From: an uncultured Pelagibacteraceae bacterium
GTDB taxonomy: Bacteria; Pseudomonadota; Alphaproteobacteria; Pelagibacterales; Pelagibacteraceae
NCBI GenBank assembly: GCA_902567235.1
Contig: CACFLX010000007.1
Location: 8,754-72,753, forward strand
DNA: 64,000 nt
Direction: 5' to 3'
Part shown: one piece after another, positions 9,427-20,344 of the stretch
Layout: the number at the start of each line of letters is the position of its first letter
Position numbering within the stretch: position 1 is the first letter of the stretch
Program-made: the position numbers and the translations under genes
Notes under the pieces: generated by a model
Told to the model about the DNA's origin: nothing
Database searches by the model: none
Seen by the model: the letters and a program-made list of their open reading frames with translations, nothing else

Positions 9427-10482
9427 GTGTTTAAAATTTTAAGTTTTTTATTAATTTTTTTTGTTTATAACAATGTTTTATTAGCTATGGATAATAAACC
9501 TTATCATCATCTATCAGACGGAACCTTCAGAAACCCCGAGGGCTCTCCAGAAAGAAATGTTTCATTTAACTGGAGTTTTAAAGTTTTTAACGAAGAAAAA
9601 AGAAAACTTAAAATGGATATTCCAGCAGACCATGTTGTTGATAAAAAAGAAGTTTTAAAAAATTTAATAAAAAATAAAAATAATGACTATATTGCTTGGA
9701 TAGGTCATGCTACTTTTTTGATAAAACTTGGTAATACAACAATTATTACCGATCCAGTTTTCGAAAAAAATATGGGACCCTTGATATTTGGACCAAAAAG
9801 ATATGTGGATCCAGCAATTGATCTAAAGAATTTACCTGAGGTAAATTTATTTTTATTAACTCACAATCATTATGATCATCTTAGTACTAGAACTATACAA
9901 AGATTTCCTTATAAAAAATCGAAAGTTTTAGCTCCATTAAAACTTGGAAAATATTTTTCTAAAAATGGATTTAGAGATGTTAACGAAATGGATTGGTACG
10001 ATGAAATAAAAGTTAACGACTTAAAAATAACATTTTTACCTGCTGTTCATTGGTCAAAAAGAAGTTTGTGGGACACCAACAAAACTTTATGGGGAAACTT
10101 TTTAATTGAATATAAAGGCAAAAAAATATTTTTTGCATGTGACACTGGTTATGGAAATATTTATAAAGAACTTGGAAATAAATACGGCCCTATCGATTTA
10201 ACTTTTATTAATATAGGGGCATATAATTTTTATCCTATGTCTCCACTAAAAGATAAATCGGTTTATCATACAAATCCTGAAGAGGCATTAAATATTGGTC
10301 AAGATTTAAAAAGTAAAAAAGTTTTAGGTATGCATTGGGGAACTGTAGTTTTATCTTTAGAACCAATTTTTGAACCACCAAAACGTTTTAAGAATTCCTC
10401 TAATCAATATGGTTATAATAGTGATGATGCTGTTATTTTTAAAATTGGACAAATAGAAACGCTTGAAAATATATTAAAATGA
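9427..10482 (+). CDS. MBL-fold metallohydrolase (NAPE-PLD/RomA-like), probably exported
   Basis: 'WIGHATF', 'TDPVF', 'THNHYDH', 'PAVHWS', 'CDTGY', 'MHWGT' and a hydrophobic N-terminus. Confidence 0.85.
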   Translation: MFKILSFLLIFFVYNNVLLAMDNKPYHHLSDGTFRNPEGSPERNVSFNWSFKVFNEEKRKLKMDIPADHVVDKKEVLKNLIKNKNNDYIAWIGHATFLIKLGNTTIITDPVFEKNMGPLIFGPKRYVDPAIDLKNLPEVNLFLLTHNHYDHLSTRTIQRFPYKKSKVLAPLKLGKYFSKNGFRDVNEMDWYDEIKVNDLKITFLPAVHWSKRSLWDTNKTLWGNFLIEYKGKKIFFACDTGYGNIYKELGNKYGPIDLTFINIGAYNFYPMSPLKDKSVYHTNPEEALNIGQDLKSKKVLGMHWGTVVLSLEPIFEPPKRFKNSSNQYGYNSDDAVIFKIGQIETLENILK

Positions 10483-10934
10483 AATCCATAGAAGGAAATT
10501 TTGATAATTCTGAAGTAAATAATTTATTAAAAAAACATTTTATTGAACTCAGAACAGTTTCACCAGAAGGCAGCACTCATGTACTTGATATCGAAGGTTT
10601 AAAAGATCCAAGCATAAAATTTTGGAGTTTATGGGAAAATAATGAGCTTGTCGGTTGTGGTGCATTAAAATTTTTAGAAAAAAAACATGGAGAATTTAAA
10701 TCTATAAGGGTAGCAGACAAGTTTAGAAAAACAGGGGTTGGAAAAAAAATAATTGATCATTTAATCGAAGAAGCCAAAAAACTAGAAGTTTCAAAATTAA
10801 GTATTGAAACGGGTGCAGGTAATTTTTTTTTACCAGCTAGAAAGTTATTTTCTAAATTTGGTTTTAAAAAATGCTCTCCATTTGCCCATTATAAAAACGA
10901 TCCAAACTCTTGCTATTATTCTTTAGATTTATAA
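10479..10934 (+). CDS. GNAT N-acetyltransferase (YedL/YsnE-like)
   Basis: 'VGCGALK', 'GEFKSIRV', 'RKTGVG', 'LSIETG', 'PFAHY..DPNS'. Confidence 0.85.
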   Translation: MKSIEGNFDNSEVNNLLKKHFIELRTVSPEGSTHVLDIEGLKDPSIKFWSLWENNELVGCGALKFLEKKHGEFKSIRVADKFRKTGVGKKIIDHLIEEAKKLEVSKLSIETGAGNFFLPARKLFSKFGFKKCSPFAHYKNDPNSCYYSLDL

Positions 10935-10955
10935 CTGTAATTAAAAGCAGTTAAT

Positions 10956-11273
10956 TTAATTAAATATGTTTGATTGATCTTGTAAAATTAGTTTATTTCT
11001 AGTTTTTTCAAAATTAGTTTCTACCAATTTCTTAAATTCTCGTCTCAATTTAGTTTTAGATTGTTTTTTTTCAATTTTATTAGAAACATATGAAACAGTA
11101 TCCATCCCAGTTTCTTCTTTTACAGCCTTATTTGTAAAAAAAGTTACACCTGCTTGTGAAATATTTCCAGTTGATGCCAAAGTAAGAGCCGGTCCCACCA
11201 TCGCTGTTGATTGAACACAGCCAGATAGTATTAAAGCACCAATTATATAAATAAATATTTTATTTATCCCCAT
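10956..11273 (-). CDS. Hypothetical lipoprotein
   Basis: Lipobox 'LILSGC' after a hydrophobic stretch. Confidence 0.65.
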   Translation of the reverse strand: MGINKIFIYIIGALILSGCVQSTAMVGPALTLASTGNISQAGVTFFTNKAVKEETGMDTVSYVSNKIEKKQSKTKLRREFKKLVETNFEKTRNKLILQDQSNIFN

Positions 11274-11384
11274 AATTTTTATTTATCCCTATAGTTGAAC
11301 TTTAAAGGTATTTTTTATTCAACTCAAGAGAGTAAAAAATAATACTATCCAAAATGGGTAATTTATTAAGTTTTATAAGATAAA

Positions 11385-11972
11385 TTAAATAGCTTTATAT
11401 CCAAATTCTAACGATGCATCTGTAATAGAATGATAAAATGACTCTCCAAAACTTCTTAGAGAAAATAACCTTAATTTACTAGGATTGTTTTTAATCACAT
11501 CGACTGTAAATGCTATGCCATTATATGTAGAGTTTATTGAATTATTTTTATCCAAAATGTTAAGATTAAAAGGGCATCCTTTTTTTAAAACTTCTTTAAC
11601 GTCTTCACCCTCTATTTCAATTATGGATCTTGAATGAGATAAATCTGTCACAGCAAAGTCTGTTTCTTTAAAAACATCTATAATATTCTTTAGTAAATCC
11701 TTTTTTGTCGATACCAAAAGCCAATTTTTTGGACCGTTCCATAATATTCTTGTATCATTGTCACTGACAACGCTTAGTGGTTCATTTTTTAATTTTAAAC
11801 TATCGATATCAATACTTTCAAATGAAACCTTAGAGCTTTTATATTGAACTATTTGAACGATAAGTAAATTTTTGATTTCTGAAATTTTTAATAAATTTTC
11901 TTCATTCTTATTTTCATAATTCCCAAAAAGACCTTTTTTATGAATATGATTTAAAGCTGATGCTAATGTCAT
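11385..11972 (-). CDS. soxG: Heterotetrameric sarcosine oxidase/N-methylglutamate dehydrogenase gamma subunit
   Basis: 'LWNGPKNWL', 'TDLSHSR', 'VLKKGCPFNL', 'RSFGES'. Last gene of the B-D-A-G operon. Confidence 0.85.
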   Translation of the reverse strand: MTLASALNHIHKKGLFGNYENKNEENLLKISEIKNLLIVQIVQYKSSKVSFESIDIDSLKLKNEPLSVVSDNDTRILWNGPKNWLLVSTKKDLLKNIIDVFKETDFAVTDLSHSRSIIEIEGEDVKEVLKKGCPFNLNILDKNNSINSTYNGIAFTVDVIKNNPSKLRLFSLRSFGESFYHSITDASLEFGYKAI

Positions 11973-14965
11973 GATCTAACTCTTTCACCTTTTGGATCTA
12001 CATAATGAGATGATACTATTTCAATAGGTATTGTTTTATTTTTTAATGGTGATAGTGCAAAAAGTTTTTGTCCGATCATATTTTTTCCATCTTTTATTAT
12101 TGCAAGGGAAAAAGGATTGTCATATTCAACGCTCCAACATGATGCGGATACATGGCCTAATTTAGGATTTGGAAGTTTTGCTTTTGCATCTTTAACTATA
12201 TATGAACCTTCTGGTATACTTGTTTTTTTATCTAATGGAATAACGCCAACCACTTTTTGTCTATCTGGTGCAACATAAGCTTTTTTAGATAGAGATCTTT
12301 TTCCAATAAAATCTTTCTTTTTACTAACTAGCCCTTCTAAAGAGTTATCATACGGGATTGTTCGTCCATCTAATTCTGATCCTGCAACATGTCCCATTTC
12401 AATTCTTAATGTTGATAATGCTTCTGTTCCATATGGTTGAATATTAAATTCTTTTCCTATTTCTATTATCTTTTCCCACATATAATTACCGTTATCTGAT
12501 TCAACATTTACTTCATAAGCAAGTTCGCCTGAAAACGAAATTCTGTAAATTTTTGCATTAACTCCAAATAAATCACCTTCCATATATCCCATAAATGGCA
12601 AGCCTTCGTTTGAAACATCTAAGTCTGGAAATAATTTTTGTAGTACATCTCTAGATTTCGGTCCAGCTATCGCAGCACCTGCCCATTGTTCTGTTGATGA
12701 AACTACATTTACATTTAGTTCTGGCCATACTAATTGCAAATAATACTCTAGATGAGACAAAACATTTGCTGCTTGGGCAGTGGTAGTTGTCATATGATAA
12801 TGATTTTCTGAAATTCTAGTTGTTGTTCCATCATCCATTACAATTCCATCTTCTCTCAACATCACGCCATATCTAGCTTTTCCTATAGGTAATTTAAGCC
12901 AAGCATTTGTATATACTCTATTTAAAAATTCTGCTGAATCTGGTCCTTTGATATCAATTTTACCTAAAGTTGTTACATCACAAACTCCTACGTTTCGTCT
13001 AACGTTTTTTGCTTCCCTTTTTGATGCTTCAAATAAGTTTTCACTTCCTTGTTTATAATATCTTGGACGTAACCAAACACCTGCATCAACAAAGACAGCG
13101 TTATTTTTTTCATGCCAATAATGCATTGGGGATTTTCTTGTTGGTTTTGAATGTTTTCCAATTTCTCTTCCAACAATAGCTCCTATTGAAACAGGTGAAA
13201 AAGGTGGTCTAAAGGTAGTATGACCAACTTGAGGTACAACTTTATTTTCTATATCTGATACTAATTGCAATCCATTAAGATTGCTTGTCCTGCCTTGGTC
13301 TGTAGCCATTCCTAATGTTGTATATCTTTTAACATGTTCAATTGATCTATAACCTTCTCTTAATGCGAGCTGTATATCAGAGACCGCAACATCATTTTGA
13401 AAATCTAAGAATCTTTTATAATTTTTACCTTCTGGTAATGGTACACACCAAAATTTATCATGATTAGAAGATTTTTTTTCTACAACAGTAGGAACGGTAA
13501 CTTTATTTTCTTTATTTGTTATTTGTTTTGATAATTCATTTCCTTTTTCAAAAGATGTTTTTAATGTTTCTTCTAATGTAAAAATACCATTAGCTGATCC
13601 AAGAGTTGTTTCTTTTTGCTTTGATTGACTTGGAACAAATGCATCTATTTCTTCATTGAATTTAGTTTTATTTCCTGATTGTGAAGCTAAATGAATTGTT
13701 GGTGTCCAAAACCCTGAGACACAAATACAATCACATTTTATATTTTCAATAGTACTTATATTTTTTTTATCATCAGATATTTTAGCAATATCTGCGGACT
13801 TAACTTTTTTATAGCCTTTTGCTGCTACAACAACATAAGAGGATTTTATATTTATATTTAAATCTTTAGCTTCTTTTATAATTTCTGAATTAGGATCTTT
13901 TCTTGTATCTAAAACGACAGGATCTATTCCGTTTTTTTTGAATTCTATAGCAGTTTCATATCCGCTATCATTATTTGTAAATATTAATGGTTTTTTTCCA
14001 ACTAGTACTCCATAAACTTTTAAGTACTCTTTAGCTGCTGACGAAAGCATAACACCTGGGGTGTCATTATTTCCAAAAACCAAAGGTCTTTCTATTGATC
14101 CAGACGAAATAATAACTTCTTTTGCACGGATATACCAAAGTCTTTGTTTAGGACTATATTTTTCTGTTTTAGGTAAATGATCACTAATTCTCTCAGACAT
14201 AACAAGCATATTGTGATCGTAATAACCAAAAACTTGAGATCTATTTTTGACAACGACATTTGGCATTGATTTAAGTTCAGATATTATTTTTTCTGCCCAC
14301 TCTTGTCCGCTTTGATTTCCAATTGTAACGTCGCTGGTTAGAAGACTTCCGCCAAACCTCGATTTGTCTTCGGCTAAAATTACTTTTGCTCCATTTTGAG
14401 CTGCAGCATAGGCGCTTGCTAAACCAGAAGGACCAGATCCTGTAATTAATAGATCGCAATATTCATATTTATGTTCATATTTTTCTTTATCATGTTTTAT
14501 TGAAGCTGCTCCAAATCCTGCAGCTTTTCTAATAATTGGCTCGTATAAATTGTACCAAAAGCTTTTAGGCCACATAAAAGTTTTATAGTAAAAACCTGCA
14601 GGAAAAAATTTGCCTAAAAAATTATTTATTGCGCCAATATCAAAATCTACATTTGGCCAACAATTTACACTTTTTGCCTCTAAACCTTCAAATAATTCTT
14701 GTTCTGTTGCTCTTACATTAGGATCAACTTCGTTATTTCTATTCATTTGAACTATTGCATAAGGTTCGTCTACACCTGCTCCAAAAAAACCTCTAGGCCT
14801 ATGATATTTAAAACTTCTACCAACTAAATGAACGCCATTGGCAAGTAGAGCTGAAGCTAAAGTATCACCTGCATAACCAAAATATTTTTTACCATTAAAC
14901 TTAAATGAAATTTTTTTATTTCTGTTAATTAATCCACCTTTATCTAATCTAAATTTTTCTGACAT
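11969..14965 (-). CDS. soxA: Sarcosine oxidase/N-methylglutamate dehydrogenase alpha subunit
   Basis: 'GDTLASALLANG', 'RSFKYHRPRG', 'EHVKRYTTLGMATDQG' and a C-terminal GcvT-like domain 'SFSGELAYE'. Confidence 0.93.
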   Translation of the reverse strand: MSEKFRLDKGGLINRNKKISFKFNGKKYFGYAGDTLASALLANGVHLVGRSFKYHRPRGFFGAGVDEPYAIVQMNRNNEVDPNVRATEQELFEGLEAKSVNCWPNVDFDIGAINNFLGKFFPAGFYYKTFMWPKSFWYNLYEPIIRKAAGFGAASIKHDKEKYEHKYEYCDLLITGSGPSGLASAYAAAQNGAKVILAEDKSRFGGSLLTSDVTIGNQSGQEWAEKIISELKSMPNVVVKNRSQVFGYYDHNMLVMSERISDHLPKTEKYSPKQRLWYIRAKEVIISSGSIERPLVFGNNDTPGVMLSSAAKEYLKVYGVLVGKKPLIFTNNDSGYETAIEFKKNGIDPVVLDTRKDPNSEIIKEAKDLNINIKSSYVVVAAKGYKKVKSADIAKISDDKKNISTIENIKCDCICVSGFWTPTIHLASQSGNKTKFNEEIDAFVPSQSKQKETTLGSANGIFTLEETLKTSFEKGNELSKQITNKENKVTVPTVVEKKSSNHDKFWCVPLPEGKNYKRFLDFQNDVAVSDIQLALREGYRSIEHVKRYTTLGMATDQGRTSNLNGLQLVSDIENKVVPQVGHTTFRPPFSPVSIGAIVGREIGKHSKPTRKSPMHYWHEKNNAVFVDAGVWLRPRYYKQGSENLFEASKREAKNVRRNVGVCDVTTLGKIDIKGPDSAEFLNRVYTNAWLKLPIGKARYGVMLREDGIVMDDGTTTRISENHYHMTTTTAQAANVLSHLEYYLQLVWPELNVNVVSSTEQWAGAAIAGPKSRDVLQKLFPDLDVSNEGLPFMGYMEGDLFGVNAKIYRISFSGELAYEVNVESDNGNYMWEKIIEIGKEFNIQPYGTEALSTLRIEMGHVAGSELDGRTIPYDNSLEGLVSKKKDFIGKRSLSKKAYVAPDRQKVVGVIPLDKKTSIPEGSYIVKDAKAKLPNPKLGHVSASCWSVEYDNPFSLAIIKDGKNMIGQKLFALSPLKNKTIPIEIVSSHYVDPKGERVRS

Positions 14966-14967
14966 CT

Positions 14968-15234
14968 TTATACTTCTTCGTTTGCTTTTAATGTTTTAAA
15001 TATTTCATGGGTTAATGTGTCTCTTTCAACTTTAATCCATTGTCTACATCCTGAAATATGTTGCCATAATTCCAAATGTTTTCCTATCGGACTTTTACGT
15101 AAATAAACAAAATTGTCCCAATCTCGATCTGAAACTTCTTTGTTTAATTCTGGTCTTTTAACTGTTGCATCGCCACCATATGAAAATTCATTTTGAGATC
15201 TTAATCCACAGTGAGGGCATTTAATATATAACAT
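14968..15234 (-). CDS. soxD: Sarcosine oxidase delta subunit
   Basis: 'CPHCGLR..EFSYGG' and 'WQHISGCRQW' zinc ligands. Confidence 0.92.
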   Translation of the reverse strand: MLYIKCPHCGLRSQNEFSYGGDATVKRPELNKEVSDRDWDNFVYLRKSPIGKHLELWQHISGCRQWIKVERDTLTHEIFKTLKANEEV

Positions 15235-16491
15235 TTAAGAAATCCAAGTTTTAGTTCCAAGACCTTTTTCATCTATTAAATGCCCTGTGCTAAATCTGTT
15301 TAGACTATAGCCTTCATTTAATTTATGTGGTCTGTCTTGGGCAATTGTATGAGCAAAAGTCCATCCAGATGCAGGAGTTGCTTTAAACCCTCCATAGCAC
15401 CATCCACAATTTAAATATAAACCCTCAATATGTGTTTTATCAATAATAGGTGATCCATCCATAGACATATCCATAATTCCTCCCCATGTTCTAAGCATTT
15501 TTAATTTACTAAGAAACGGGAACATTGCTATTCCTTCAGTTAATACATGTTGTAAAGTTGGAAGATTTCCTCTTTGAGCATAACTGTTATATCCATCAAG
15601 ATCTCCACCCATAACCATTTCACCTTTATCAGACTGACTACAATAAAAATGTCCAGCACCAAAAGTTACTACATTATCTAAAATTGGTTTAATTGGTTCT
15701 GACACACACGCTTGTAATAGGTGGGTCTCTATAGGTAGTGTCATATTTAACTTTTCTGCTAAAATATTTGTACTTCCAGCAACACAAAGACCAATTTTTT
15801 TTGCTTTTATGTCACCTTTTGAAGTTCTTATTCCTGAAATTTTTCCATTTGAAACATCAAATCCTGTTACTTCACAATTTTGAATAATATCTACTCCCAT
15901 CGAATCTGCTTGACGCGCATATCCCCAGGCAACTGCATCATGTCTTGCTGTTCCTGCGCTAGGTTGCATCAATCCACCAAATATTGGGAATCTTACATTC
16001 TCAGAAAAATCAGCCATAGGAATAATTTTTCTAACTTCTTCTCTGTTTAACAGAACTGCATCAATACCGTTTAAACGCATTGAATTTCCTCTTCTGGAAT
16101 AAACATTCATTTGTGCATCAGAATGTGCAAGATTAATTATTCCTCTTGGAGAAAACATTACATTAAAATTTAAATCCAGACTCATGTTTCTCCACAAGTC
16201 CATACCGAATTCACTAAACAATCCATTTTCATCATGCATATAATTTGATCTGATTATTGTTGTGTTTCTTCCAACATTCCCTCCTCCAATCCAACCTTTT
16301 TCAATAATAGCAACTTTTGTAATATTGTGTTCTTTAGCAAGATAATATGCTGTAGCTAAACCGTGACCTCCACCTCCTATAATTATAACATCGTATTCAG
16401 ACTTAGGTGTTGGGTCTTTCCAGGCCACTTCCCAATCCTTATGACCTTTGAAAGCATTTTTGACAAGGCTGAAGACTGAGTATTTTTGCAT
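15235..16491 (-). CDS. soxB: Sarcosine oxidase beta subunit (FAD)
   Basis: 'GGGGHGLATAYYLA', 'GGNVGRNTTIIRSNY', 'ARHDAVAWGYAR', 'GWCYGGFKATP'. ATG at 16491. Confidence 0.93.
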   Translation of the reverse strand: MQKYSVFSLVKNAFKGHKDWEVAWKDPTPKSEYDVIIIGGGGHGLATAYYLAKEHNITKVAIIEKGWIGGGNVGRNTTIIRSNYMHDENGLFSEFGMDLWRNMSLDLNFNVMFSPRGIINLAHSDAQMNVYSRRGNSMRLNGIDAVLLNREEVRKIIPMADFSENVRFPIFGGLMQPSAGTARHDAVAWGYARQADSMGVDIIQNCEVTGFDVSNGKISGIRTSKGDIKAKKIGLCVAGSTNILAEKLNMTLPIETHLLQACVSEPIKPILDNVVTFGAGHFYCSQSDKGEMVMGGDLDGYNSYAQRGNLPTLQHVLTEGIAMFPFLSKLKMLRTWGGIMDMSMDGSPIIDKTHIEGLYLNCGWCYGGFKATPASGWTFAHTIAQDRPHKLNEGYSLNRFSTGHLIDEKGLGTKTWIS

Positions 16492-16629
16492 GATCAAATT
16501 TTATAGTAATTAGTATAAATAGTTCTTTATTTTTTTTATATATATTTTTTAGAACTTTAAAAAATCCATAAAAGAAGATATTAATCCAGCTTCAAATGAG
16601 TTTGAATATATAAAATAAAGAAAGCTAAA

Positions 16630-18312
16630 ATGGGTAAAGCAAAATCTGATATTGAAATAGCTAGAGAAGCAAAAATGAAGCCCATTCAAGAAGTGCTTAA
16701 TGGACTAAATGTACCTGATAGCGCTGAGGTCTATAGTCCAATCGGAAGATACATTGCAAAAATTAAAACTGAGTACTTAGATACTTTAAAAAATAAAAAA
16801 GATGGAAAATTAATTTTAGTTACCGCAATTACTCCAACTCCTGCAGGAGAAGGAAAAACCACAACATCGGTAGGTCTAAATGATGGTTTAAATAAAATAG
16901 GAAAAAAATCAATTGTTTGTCTTCGTGAACCTAGCCTAGGACCTTCTTTTGGAATGAAAGGTGGCGCAGCTGGAGGAGGTCATGCCCAGGTAGTTCCTAT
17001 GGAACAAATAAATTTACATTTTACAGGAGACTTTCATGCAATAACATCAGCTCACAATCTTCTTTCAGCTTTAATAGATAATCATATCTATTGGGGTAAT
17101 AAATTAAATATTGATGTCAGAAGAATTGTTTGGAAAAGAGTTATGGATATGAATGATCGATCGTTAAGATCAATTGTTGTAGATCTTGGTGGTGTGGCCA
17201 ATGGATATCCTAGACAGGATGGCTTTGATATTACAGTGGCTTCAGAGATAATGGCTATCTTCTGCTTATCAAACGATTTAACAGATTTGGAAAATAGAAT
17301 TGGGAATATTACTGTAGCTTATACTAGAGATAAGAAACCAATTTATGCAAAAGACTTAAATGCTCAAGGTCCAATGACTGTTTTATTAAAAGATGCAATT
17401 AGACCTAATGTGACACAAACATTAGAAAACAACCCCGCAATAATACATGGAGGACCATTTGCAAATATTGCACATGGATGTAATTCTGTTATTGCAACAA
17501 AAACAGGATTAAAATTAGCAGATTACGTTGTAACTGAAGCTGGTTTTGGTGCTGACTTGGGAGCTGAAAAATTTTTAAATATAAAATGTAGAAAATCAAA
17601 TTTAAAACCTGATTGTGTAGTTATTGTTGCAACCATAAGAGCTTTGAAAATGCATGGTGGTGTAGCTAAAGATGATCTTAAAAATGAGAATGTTAAAGCT
17701 TTAAATAAAGGATTAGTAAATCTTGAAAGACATATTAATAATGTTAGAAAATTTGGTTTACCAGTTGCGGTAGCCGTTAACCACTTTATCACAGATACTG
17801 ACAAAGAAGTTAGTGCACTTATGGACTTTTGTAAAACACAAGGTGTAAAATCATCTATTTGTAAACACTGGTCAGATGGAGGAGAAGGAACAAAAGATCT
17901 TGCGAATATTGTTGTGGATATATGTAATAACAAAAATACTTTTAAATTTTTATATGAAGATAAAATACCTCTATTTAAAAAAATTGAAACAATCGCACAA
18001 GAAATTTATCATGCGAGTGAAGTAGTGGCTGACACAAAAATAAGAGAGCAACTAAAAGATTTTGAATCAAAAGGTTATGGAAATCTTCCAATATGCATTG
18101 CTAAAACTCAATACAGTTTTTCAACTGACCCAAGTTTAAAAGGTGCTCCTTCAGGGCATGTGGTTCCAATAAGAGAAATAAGATTATCTTCAGGAGCAGA
18201 ATTTATTGTAGTTGTTTGTGGAGCAATAATGACAATGCCAGGTCTTCCAAGAGTTCCTGCTGCAGATTCAATTAAGTTAAATGATAAAGGCGAAATAGAA
18301 GGTTTATTTTAA
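16630..18312 (+). CDS. fhs: Formate--tetrahydrofolate ligase
   Basis: '[12 protein letters not shown]', '[10 protein letters not shown]', '[14 protein letters not shown]', '[14 protein letters not shown]'. Confidence 0.98.
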   Translation: MGKAKSDIEIAREAKMKPIQEVLNGLNVPDSAEVYSPIGRYIAKIKTEYLDTLKNKKDGKLILVTAITPTPAGEGKTTTSVGLNDGLNKIGKKSIVCLREPSLGPSFGMKGGAAGGGHAQVVPMEQINLHFTGDFHAITSAHNLLSALIDNHIYWGNKLNIDVRRIVWKRVMDMNDRSLRSIVVDLGGVANGYPRQDGFDITVASEIMAIFCLSNDLTDLENRIGNITVAYTRDKKPIYAKDLNAQGPMTVLLKDAIRPNVTQTLENNPAIIHGGPFANIAHGCNSVIATKTGLKLADYVVTEAGFGADLGAEKFLNIKCRKSNLKPDCVVIVATIRALKMHGGVAKDDLKNENVKALNKGLVNLERHINNVRKFGLPVAVAVNHFITDTDKEVSALMDFCKTQGVKSSICKHWSDGGEGTKDLANIVVDICNNKNTFKFLYEDKIPLFKKIETIAQEIYHASEVVADTKIREQLKDFESKGYGNLPICIAKTQYSFSTDPSLKGAPSGHVVPIREIRLSSGAEFIVVVCGAIMTMPGLPRVPAADSIKLNDKGEIEGLF

Positions 18313-19110
18313 TTAAGCTGCTTTTAAATAGTCTAACCAATTTTTCAACTCTAACATTCTAGTGTCTTTTTTTGATTTTTTTATTTCCTCTTCAATAAAT
18401 TGAATATGGCTTTGAATTTCTTCCTCATCCTTAAAACATTTTCTAATAGTTATAAGTTTTTCTTTTCTAAATTTAATTAATGTAATCATTTTATCATATG
18501 TAATTTCAGGATGGTACTGCAAACCCCATATATCACTTACACCAGATTTAAAATTAATACTTTGAACTTTGTTAATTTTATTTGATGCTAAATGAGTAGC
18601 TTCATTTGGTAAAGTAACTACTTCATCAAAGTTAAACGCTGGTGAATTAAATTTTTTATTTTTATTTCTATATAAAGGATGTTTCAATCCATTTGCATTA
18701 ATTTCAATATCTTTGGCTATACCAATATGAGCACCATTGGATGATTTTTTCACTTCACCTCCTGCTGCAGTTACAGCTACTTGCATACCCCAACATATTG
18801 CTAAAATATTTTTAATATTTTTGAAACATTCTTTCATAAATCCGATTTGTCTTCGGATTTCTATACAGTCGTTATAAATATTTAGACTACTTCCACCCCA
18901 TATTAATCCATCATATTTTTTAATATTCGGTATGATTTTATCAAAACTTTTTTCTGCACATGGATTAAAAACGTCAATATTTAAATCTTTTGAATAATAT
19001 GCGAGACTTTCTTTTAGACTTTCTGCGTGGGTTTTTATACCTGAATTTTTAAAATTTTGATTTTCATTAGGTAAGTTTCCCTCTACAACTAGTAAATTTA
19101 AATTTGCCAT
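18313..19110 (-). CDS. Class I glutamine amidotransferase-like protein (stand-alone)
   Basis: 'GLIWGGS', nucleophile elbow 'AICWGMQ' and 'QYHPE' Cys-His-Glu triad. Confidence 0.85.
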   Translation of the reverse strand: MANLNLLVVEGNLPNENQNFKNSGIKTHAESLKESLAYYSKDLNIDVFNPCAEKSFDKIIPNIKKYDGLIWGGSSLNIYNDCIEIRRQIGFMKECFKNIKNILAICWGMQVAVTAAGGEVKKSSNGAHIGIAKDIEINANGLKHPLYRNKNKKFNSPAFNFDEVVTLPNEATHLASNKINKVQSINFKSGVSDIWGLQYHPEITYDKMITLIKFRKEKLITIRKCFKDEEEIQSHIQFIEEEIKKSKKDTRMLELKNWLDYLKAA

Positions 19111-20267
19111 TAAAATAATTCTCCCGATATACTATGTTCGTATAAAATTTTCATATCGTCAATCGTCAATTTTTTTGGATTTGAAGCAGTTGAAGGGTCA
19201 TCTAAAGCCATTTGAGATAGTATTTTTAAATCAATTTTACTTGTTTCTATTACTTCAGAAAGTTTATGAGGTATTTTTAGTTCTTTTCTTAAATCTAAAA
19301 CCCAATTTAAAAAACTTTCAAAATTTTTATCTAAATATAAGTAATCACAAATAGATACAATCTTTTTCTCTATTAAACTTCTATTAAAAGATAAAACATA
19401 TGGCATAAATATAGCATTTGATAAACCATGGTGAATATCAAACTGAGCATTAACGGGATGGCTTAATGAATGAATTGCACCTAGTCCTTTTTGAAAAGCT
19501 GTCGATCCCATACTGGCAGCGGCAAGTAAATCTGCTCTTGCATTTAAATCTTTTCCATTTTTAACAGCGATTAAAAGAGATTTTTTTATTAATCTCATTC
19601 CTTCAATCGCTATTCCATCGGCCATAGGATGAAAACCAGGTGCACAAAGTGCTTCAAGATTATGAGCAAGAGCATCCATTCCAGTTGTTGCTGTAAGTCT
19701 TGGTGAAAGATCTATGGTTAGTACTGGGTCTAAAATAACAATAGAGGGTAAAAATTTTGGATGAAAGATTATTTTTTTTACTCCACTTGCTTTATTAATT
19801 ATTGCAGATGCTCGTCCTGTTTCAGATCCAGTTCCTGCTGTTGTAGGAACTGCAATTATAGGAGCAATATTATTTTCATCTGCTCTTTTCCAGTAATCCC
19901 CTATATCTTCAAAATCCCATATGGGTCTAGATTGTCCTGACATAAATGCAATGGCTTTTCCAACGTCGAGTCCACTTCCTCCACCAAAGGCTATAACTCC
20001 ATCACAATTATTTTTTTTAAATTCTATAACTCCTTCTTCTACATTTTCTCCTATTGGATTTCCTGAAAAATTTGAATAAATAGCTAAATTATTAAATTTT
20101 TTTTTATTCTCTGAAATAATTTTTTTTGTCATATCAAGATTTATAAGGTCTTTATCTGTTACAAATAGTGGACTGGAGATATTCAAATTTTTGCAAGCTT
20201 CAGCTAAATCTTTAATTCTATTCTCTCCTACCCATACGGAAGTGGGATAATTCCAATTAATTTTCAT
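19110..20267 (-). CDS. Iron-containing alcohol dehydrogenase
   Basis: 'GGGSGLDVGK', 'PTTAGTGSE', 'GMDALAHNLE', 'HSLSH', 'HHGLSN'. Confidence 0.93.
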   Translation of the reverse strand: MKINWNYPTSVWVGENRIKDLAEACKNLNISSPLFVTDKDLINLDMTKKIISENKKKFNNLAIYSNFSGNPIGENVEEGVIEFKKNNCDGVIAFGGGSGLDVGKAIAFMSGQSRPIWDFEDIGDYWKRADENNIAPIIAVPTTAGTGSETGRASAIINKASGVKKIIFHPKFLPSIVILDPVLTIDLSPRLTATTGMDALAHNLEALCAPGFHPMADGIAIEGMRLIKKSLLIAVKNGKDLNARADLLAAASMGSTAFQKGLGAIHSLSHPVNAQFDIHHGLSNAIFMPYVLSFNRSLIEKKIVSICDYLYLDKNFESFLNWVLDLRKELKIPHKLSEVIETSKIDLKILSQMALDDPSTASNPKKLTIDDMKILYEHSISGELF

Positions 20268-20344
20268 AATAAAATATTATTGCAATTTTTACTTTTTTGT
20301 TAGTAAAATACATTTATAAATTTGTTTTAGATGGAGAAAATTCA

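Noticed and set aside
15235-15290. Possible frameshift at the soxB C-terminus (unusual ending 'GLGTKTWIS')
   Set aside because: Length is normal and the stop abuts the soxD ATG exactly, so nothing supports truncation.
20297-20344. Longer TTG start for tmm given by the ORF track
   Set aside because: A GGAG precedes ATG 20345 and the Rossmann motif starts right after it.
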